Source: Octopus vulgaris (taxonomy: Eukaryota). From it: a stretch of DNA of 64,000 nt. The stretch lies in NCBI GenBank assembly GCA_951406725.2, contig OX597831.1, positions 80,228,001 to 80,292,000 of the forward strand. The letters run 5' to 3'. Positions 56,595 through 64,000 of this stretch are shown here, one piece after another. Position 1 is the first letter of the stretch, and each line of letters begins with the position of its first letter. The position numbers were made by a program, and so were the translations under genes. A model generated the notes under the pieces. That model had not been told where the DNA came from. It saw nothing but the letters and a program-made list of their open reading frames with translations, and searched no databases.

Positions 56595-56596
<2 letters not shown>
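55217..56596 (+). mobile_element. 5'-truncated R4/Dong-like LINE, family 1 (RT thumb, CCHC, RLE, 3' UTR)
   Basis: HHPKADTERLYLPRKEGGRGL, CRVC..ETIDHVVSKC, RHD, RPDIILKD..LIDMTVP..KLSKYKDL, with frameshifts and a stop; (TAA)n on both flanks. Confidence 0.92.
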
Positions 56597-56673
<77 letters not shown>

Positions 56674-56694
56674 AAGAAGAAGAAGAAGAAGAAG

Positions 56695-56731
<37 letters not shown>

Positions 56732-57733
56732 GCGTTTATTACTGATGGCGATGATCTTGTTACTATTTTTGTCAACGCCGCTCGTTGTTCGGGTTCTCGT
56801 TTTTACAGCTTTTTTTTAAAGTTGTTATAGCTTTTGTTGCTAAAGTCCTTCGGGGTTTTTTCTTGCTGTGGTTGTTGTTGTCGTTGTTATCGTCGTCGTG
56901 GCTTTTGTTCGAGACTATTGTACGAAGATTTCCTGAGGGTCGAGGTGTTGTTGTTGATGTTGCTGTTGTTGTTGCTCAAAATGATGTTGATGGTGATGAT
57001 GATGATGATGATGGTAGTAAAGTTATACATAATGTTGGTGTTGGGAGGAGTATGGACGTAGGCGACCGTACAGATGGCGGGGAGAGCAGAAACAACGATA
57101 TTATTTTGTTGTTATTGGTGGTGGTGGTGGTGGTGATCGTTGTCGTCGTAGTTGTGGCGGCGACGGCGGGGTGGGCTAAGCGGTGATGGTGGTAGTGGTA
57201 GTGGTGGTGGTGGTGGTGGTGGTGGTGGTGGTGGTGGTGGTGGTGGTGGTGGTAGTGGCGGTGGTGGTGGTGGTGGCGACAGTGAAAGTGTCGGTGGTGT
57301 TGGTGGTTGCATTGATGGCAGTGGCGGTGGTGGGGCATGCGGTGACGGGGAAGGGGTGGAGCTTCATGTTGGTGATGGTGATTGTGATGGTGGTAGTGGT
57401 GATTATTGATCCGATGGTGTGAATAATGATAGTGATAGTGGTGGTGATGAGAATGGTAGTGGAGGTCGGGATAATGGTGGTGGTATGATGATGGTGGTGG
57501 TGACGATGGGGATAATGTAATAGTTGGTAGTGATGAGAGTAGTCTTGGATACTTTCACGTATTGCCACAAGGACACCGATACAATGTATTATTTCGTACA
57601 TTATATAATAATATTGCAACACGCTTCTGATAAAATGTTGATGAAACAATTGTAGAACGTTACAATAAAATTAGTTGCCCAGTCTAATCTCTCTCTCTCT
57701 CTCTCTCTCACTTTGTCTCTCTCTCTCTCACTC

Positions 57734-57777
<44 letters not shown>

Positions 57778-58261
57778 TATGGATGGATAGATAGATTTTC
57801 TTTCTTCTCTTAACTTGTGTTTATAAATAAACATCTCTCCGATGTAACTGGAACAAGGAAGACGTGTTCTTGTCTGTCTCCTGTCCAAGCTTGATTTACG
57901 CGTTCGCTGCCACAACCTCGTTTAGGCTTAGCAGCCCTTCCTGTTTGTTTTCACTGTCCTGTTTGTGTTACCTATTTTAACCCTCCACAAAATCTCAAAT
58001 TTTATTTAATTTGCTTTGCGGGAAAAAACTGTTTTATCGAAAACTTATATTCTTGTTAAATGCTCGAAATACAAGAGTAGAAAAGTAGTCAACAACTGAT
58101 GAAGGGTCGTTCTTTATGTTGTTTGTCTTGTTTTCCATTTCTGTCTTTCGTTATTCGAAAGAATAATTCATATTCCATGTACTCGTGCTTCGTACTTTTT
58201 TGTTGTAGACGTTTCGTGACGTCCTGTACCCACACACGCTTATATATTTCCTTTTTTTTTT

Positions 58262-58560
58262 TTCATTTCATTTCATATAGTTTCAGCTCACGAGCTGTGG
58301 CCATGCTGGGGCACCGCCATTCGGTGTTGCTACATGATTTTATTCCACGAATACTTTTGAGCTATTGACATTTGGTGCATGAGAGAGTTTGATGCAGCTG
58401 CCCTCATCTGCACCTCCTGCCGTGAAGTTGGTTCATCTGGGACACCTGAAAGGAAGAGGTCCAGCTTTATTTTGAAGACATCTGCATCCACCCCATGCCG
58501 GTCTCTCAGGTCCTTCGGGAGGATATTGAAGAGCCGTGGACCTCTGACATAGCTGCAGCT
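58262..58560 (-). mobile_element. CR1/L2-group LINE 3' end
   Basis: [37 protein letters not shown], then GGCGGTGCCCCAGCATGGCCACAGCTC..GAGCTGAAACTA and (TGAAA)n. Confidence 0.8.
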
Positions 58561-58583
58561 ATGTACATATACGTATTTATATA

Positions 58584-58643
<60 letters not shown>

Positions 58644-58664
58644 GATATGTATATATATATGTAG

Positions 58665-58704
<40 letters not shown>

Positions 58705-58705
58705 A

Positions 58706-58746
<41 letters not shown>

Positions 58747-58960
58747 TAACTGATACATGGTGTAAAGTACATTAATAAATTAATTTCAATGAAGTGTGGC
58801 TTCACGCAGTCGCAAAAATTTCTCACTCGAAATGCCCCTTATATATGTACATATACATACAGTTGTACATACTTACAAATATACGCACAAACACAGACAC
58901 ATGTATGCATTCACACATACACACACAAACACACACTCAGACACGCACACATATGTACAT

Positions 58961-58994
<34 letters not shown>

Positions 58995-59025
58995 ATATAT
59001 ATCAAATATAAAGGCATATATATAT

Positions 59026-59064
<39 letters not shown>

Positions 59065-59866
59065 TACATACATGCATACACACATATATATACATACATA
59101 CCTACATACATACCTACATACATACAAGCATACATACATATTTGTGTATTGTGAATAGGGCCGCGGTCTTGATATTTGATATAAAAATTCAGCTAACATA
59201 TTTGTGGGTGCGTGTGTGTATGTATGTATGTATGTAAAATCTTATATGCATTATGTCTGCGCACAATACAGTTACACATTAAAATTCGCAGCTACAAAGC
59301 ACACATACACACACACACACACACACACAGCATATAAGTAGACAGATACATTGACATACATACATACAATACATACACAACAGTTCGTCTCTCCAATCAC
59401 TAATATTCTCCGGCATTCACCTCGTAGTTTGAATAGTTTTGCTGAATATAAATAACAGCAATCAATATATATCCGTGCGCATACATATATGTAGTCAAAT
59501 ATGTATGTATGTATATATGTATGTATGTATGCATGTATATATCTACGCATGTATATATATATATATATATATAAATATATATATATATATTGCATTCATA
59601 TCTATTATCTATTTATATATATTATATCTAACTACATATATATAGAGAGAGAGATAGATAGATATTTATATATATATGTAGTCAAATATGAATGACGGTA
59701 TGTATATATCTACGCATGTATATATATATATATATATATGCATATATATATATATATACACATATCTGAATATATTTGTATGTATGTATATTTGCATATA
59801 ATCATATATACATACATATATATTTTTATATATATTTGTATGTGCAACTGTACTAACCATGTATGC

Positions 59867-59931
<65 letters not shown>

Positions 59932-60437
59932 CATATATATATATACACATATATATGTGCATATGTATGTGTATGTGTATATATATACATTTATATATAC
60001 GTATATAAAGATATTTGTATGTATATTTGCATATAATCATATATATATATGTATATACATGCATGTATGTATGCCTGTATGTATGTATGCACATACGTAA
60101 GTGACGACCACCAAGTCGAATGCAGGCACGAAATGAAGTGAAAGTTAATAATAGATGAAAATATTGAAAGCTTCTTTGATTCCAAATTTGGACTCTGCAA
60201 GTTCTACCTTGTTGGGTTCACTGATATATTGTCCCTCGACCCCCTACCTCTACACTCCTCTTCCCCCCCCCTCTCTCTCTCTCTTGCTGTCAATAGCCAA
60301 ACATTTATTTCAAAAGCTGCCAGAAATAGACTTGCTCTCTTTTTCTTGAAGTAACAAAGAGAGAGAGAGGAAGAGAGAGAGAGAGAGAGAGAAGGGGGAA
60401 AGAGACAGAAAGAGAATGAGAGAGAGACTCTTTCTCT

Positions 60438-60474
<37 letters not shown>

Positions 60475-60939
60475 CGTGTGTGTATATGAGTGACTAAAAG
60501 GAAAAGAATGAAGGAAAGGTGAAGAAAGCAAAAGAGAATGAGAGAAAGACAGAGGGACAGAGAGAGAGAGAGAGACAGGGACAGAGGGAGAGACACAGAG
60601 AGAGAGGGAAAGACACAGAGAGAGAGACAGACAGACAGAGGGAAAGACACAGAGAGAGAGACAGACAGACAGAGGGACAGAGAGAAAGAGAGACACAGGG
60701 AAAGAGAGAGAGAGACAGAGACAGAGAGGGAAGGAAAGACACAGAGAGAGAGGGAAAGACATAGAGAGACAGAGACTCAGAGACAGAGACAGAGAGAGAG
60801 ACACACACAGAGAGACGGGCAGAAGGAGAGACAGAGAGAGAGAGACACAGAGAGAGACACAGAGACAGAGAGAGAGGGAGACATGAAACAAATTATGCTG
60901 AAGTGCTTTCATAATAATAGAAATAGTTTTGTTTTTATT

Positions 60940-61946
60940 TTGGCACAAGGCCGGCAAATTTGGGCTCCAGGAAAGTTGATTCCATCCACCCCCGCGAATT
61001 TAACTGGTACTCATTTTATCGACCTCGAAAAGATGAAAGAAAAAGTCCAAATCGGCGAAATTTCAATTCAGGATGTAAAGACGGACGGAATGTCTCTAAG
61101 AGTCTTGCCCAACCTGCTAACGATTCTTATTTTTTTACTGTCCACAAGGGGCTACACACGGAGGAGACAAAGATGGACAGACACATGGATTAAGTCGATT
61201 ATATCGACCCCAGTGCGTGATGGTACTTATTTAGTCGACCCCCGAAAGGATGAAAGGCAAAGTCGACCTCGGCGGAAATTGAACTCAGAACGTAGCGACA
61301 GACGAATTACCTATTTCTTTACTACCAACAAGGGGCTAAACATAGAGGGGACAAACAAGGACTGACAAAGGTATTAAGTCGATTACATCGACCCCAGTGT
61401 GTAACTGATACTTAATTTTATCGACCCCGAAAGGATGAAAGGCAAAGTCGACCTCGGCGGAATTTGAACTCAGAACGTAGCGGCAGACGAAATACGGCTA
61501 CGCATTTCGCCCGGCGTGCTAACGCTTCTACCAGCTCGCTGCCTCAATAATATTGATGATAATGACTTCAAATTTTGGCAAATGGTCAGAAATTTCGGAG
61601 GAGGGGGTAAATTCATTGCATCAACCCCAGTACACAACTGGTACTTATTTTATCCACTCTTCGGTGACATTTGAACTCAAAATATAAAGATGGACGAAAT
61701 ACCGCTACGCTCACCACCTTAATAACAATAATAATCCTGCCCACTGTACGCACAAGGCCTGAATCTTTGGGGGAGTGGGGAATCGATTACATCGACTCCA
61801 GTACTCAGCTGGTATTTATTTTATCGACCCCTGAAAGGATGAAAGGCAGAGTTGACCTCGGCGGAATTTGAACTCAGAACGTAAAGACAGACGAAATACC
61901 ACTAAGCATTTCAACCAGTGTACTAACGATTCTGCCAGCTCGCCGC

Positions 61947-62028
<82 letters not shown>

Positions 62029-62245
62029 GTAATAATAAAAATCAACTCTTTTATTTTCTTTGTGCAATAATCTTTTCTACTTATTGGCACAAAGCCTGAA
62101 ATTTCGGCGTGGTAGGGGAAATAAGACGATTACATCGGACCCCCACCCCCGCCACCAATACTCAAATAGTACCTATTTTATCGAACCCGAAAGAATTAAA
62201 GGCAAGATTGAGCTCCGTGGTATTTGAACTCAGAACGCAAAACTC
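60940..62245 (-). mobile_element. Tandem run of five co-oriented SINE family A copies
   Basis: 60940-61126, 61131-61545 (dimeric), 61568-61715, 61736-61947, 62074-62245. Confidence 0.85.
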
Positions 62246-62459
62246 GGCTAATGAAATTCCTGACATAACTTCTTATTCCCCTGTCACACACAAACACACG
62301 CACACACACACACCACATCACATCACACTACACACACACAGCATATCACACACACCCCACAATACACCACACCACACACACTAATACATGTATATATGTA
62401 CGCATACATGTATGTGTGTGTGTGTATATATGTATATAGTAAATCCCCCCCAAAAAAAA

Positions 62460-62650
62460 AATAAACGAAGAACAAACACAAAAAACAACAGAGGGATGTG
62501 GTACATATAAAGTAATAGCAGACGCACAGGGAAAGACAGAAAAGTGGTTTAAGGCTTCGAGCTAAGCTCTTCTTCAGAAACAGGACACAGAAGAAAGTCC
62601 AATAGAAAAGGAAGATGGAGGGAAAAATTCGCCAACGATTCACATGTGGT
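62460..62650 (-). mobile_element. HH-b element (hammerhead at 62547-62581, 3' half mutated)
   Basis: Minus strand GTTT-CTGAAGA-A-GAGC(TTA)GCTC-GAAGC-CTT-AAAC. Confidence 0.7.
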
Positions 62651-63005
62651 TATATTTTAAAATATACATACATACATACATACATACATACATACATACA
62701 TACATACATACATACATACATACATACGTACGTACGTACATACGTACATACATACATACATACATACATACATACATACATACATACATACATACATACA
62801 TACATACGTACATACATGCATACATACATACATACATACATATATACATACATACACACATACATACATACATACATACATACATACATACATACATACA
62901 TACAGACATACATACATACATATATGCATACATACATACATACATACATACATACATACGTACGTACGTACATACGTACATACATACATACATACATACG
63001 TACAT

Positions 63006-63052
<47 letters not shown>

Positions 63053-63203
63053 TACATACATACATACATACATACATACATACATACATACACACATACA
63101 ACATACATACATACATACATACATACATACATACATACATACATACGTACGTACATACATACATACATACATACATACATACATACATACATACATACAT
63201 ACA

Positions 63204-63261
<58 letters not shown>

Positions 63262-63665
63262 TAATTTCAGCAAAGCAATTTACATTCAAATGAATATGGT
63301 ACTTAACTTAGATGCACCAGAATTTTTTTATGCTATTACCCATAAAAATATGTGGGGTGATTAAGACCAAAAAATACCGATCCATTCTTGTTGCTTATTT
63401 TTTGGTATATATATGCATATATATATATATATATATAGATATATATATATATATATACATGATCCCGGGTTCAGTCCCACTGCGTAGCACTTTAGGCAAG
63501 TGTCGTCCACTATAGCCTCAGGCCGACCAAAGCATTGAAACGTATCGTTACACGAGAACAACACCAAGAGCCCACATTAATTAATAGGCAAGATAATTAA
63601 TAAACGCAAGTTATGTGTTTATATTCTGATATATGCATGTTGCGATGAAAGCTTGACAGACAGTG

Positions 63666-63705
<40 letters not shown>

Positions 63706-63740
63706 TAATTGCTCATAAATGTGCGTGCATCTATATACAG

Positions 63741-63794
<54 letters not shown>

Positions 63795-63844
63795 GATAAA
63801 CAAATAGATATACAGATATATACATGTATATATATATATATATG

Positions 63845-64000
63845 TAGGAGTGGCTGTGTGGTAAGTAGCTTCCTAACCAACCACATGGTTCCGGGTTCAG
63901 TCCTACTGCGTGGCATCTTGGGCAAGTGTCTTCTGCTATAGCTCCGGGCCGACCAATGCCTTGTGAGTGGATTTGGTAGACGGAAACTGAAAGAAGCCTG
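63845..64000 (+). mobile_element. SINE family B 5' part (runs off window)
   Basis: AGGAGTGGCTGTGTGGTAAGTAGCTT..GGTAGACGGAAACTGAAAGAAGCCTG; a further fragment at 63460-63535. Confidence 0.9.

Noticed and set aside
52890-56596. Joining the two Dong-like fragments into one intact element
   Set aside because: The RT core is missing, the 5' piece is far more decayed, and the 3' piece has its own (TAA)n flanks.

Overview
Eukaryotic, AT-rich, extremely microsatellite-dense DNA ((TA)n, (TACA)n, (CA)n, (TAA)n, (GAT)n, (CAC)n). The repeat landscape resembles coleoid cephalopod (Octopus-like) intronic or intergenic sequence; this is an inference from recalled repeat families, not a database result. No host protein-coding gene can be called with confidence, and nearly all ORF-track entries are translated microsatellites. 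The non-simple DNA is mostly mobile elements: three tRNA-headed SINE groups (about 30 copies), R4/Dong-like and HERO-like RLE retrotransposon fragments sitting in specific microsatellites, Tx1/L1, CR1/L2 and RTE LINE remnants, a hAT MITE with an 8-bp TSD, and non-autonomous Helitrons, two of which carry a captured LINE-like ORF1 5' end. The main unexplained signal is at least 13 minimal type-I hammerhead-ribozyme motifs (stem I-CUGANGA-A-stem II-GAAAC-GUH-stem I, with a loopless palindromic stem III). They sit in ~190-bp (TA)n-associated Penelope/retrozyme-like elements and in two head-to-head palindromes. They include a subfamily with a consistent CUGUNGA core variant and a pair with a ~100-nt stem II insertion. 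All coordinates were read by eye; element ends are approximate.
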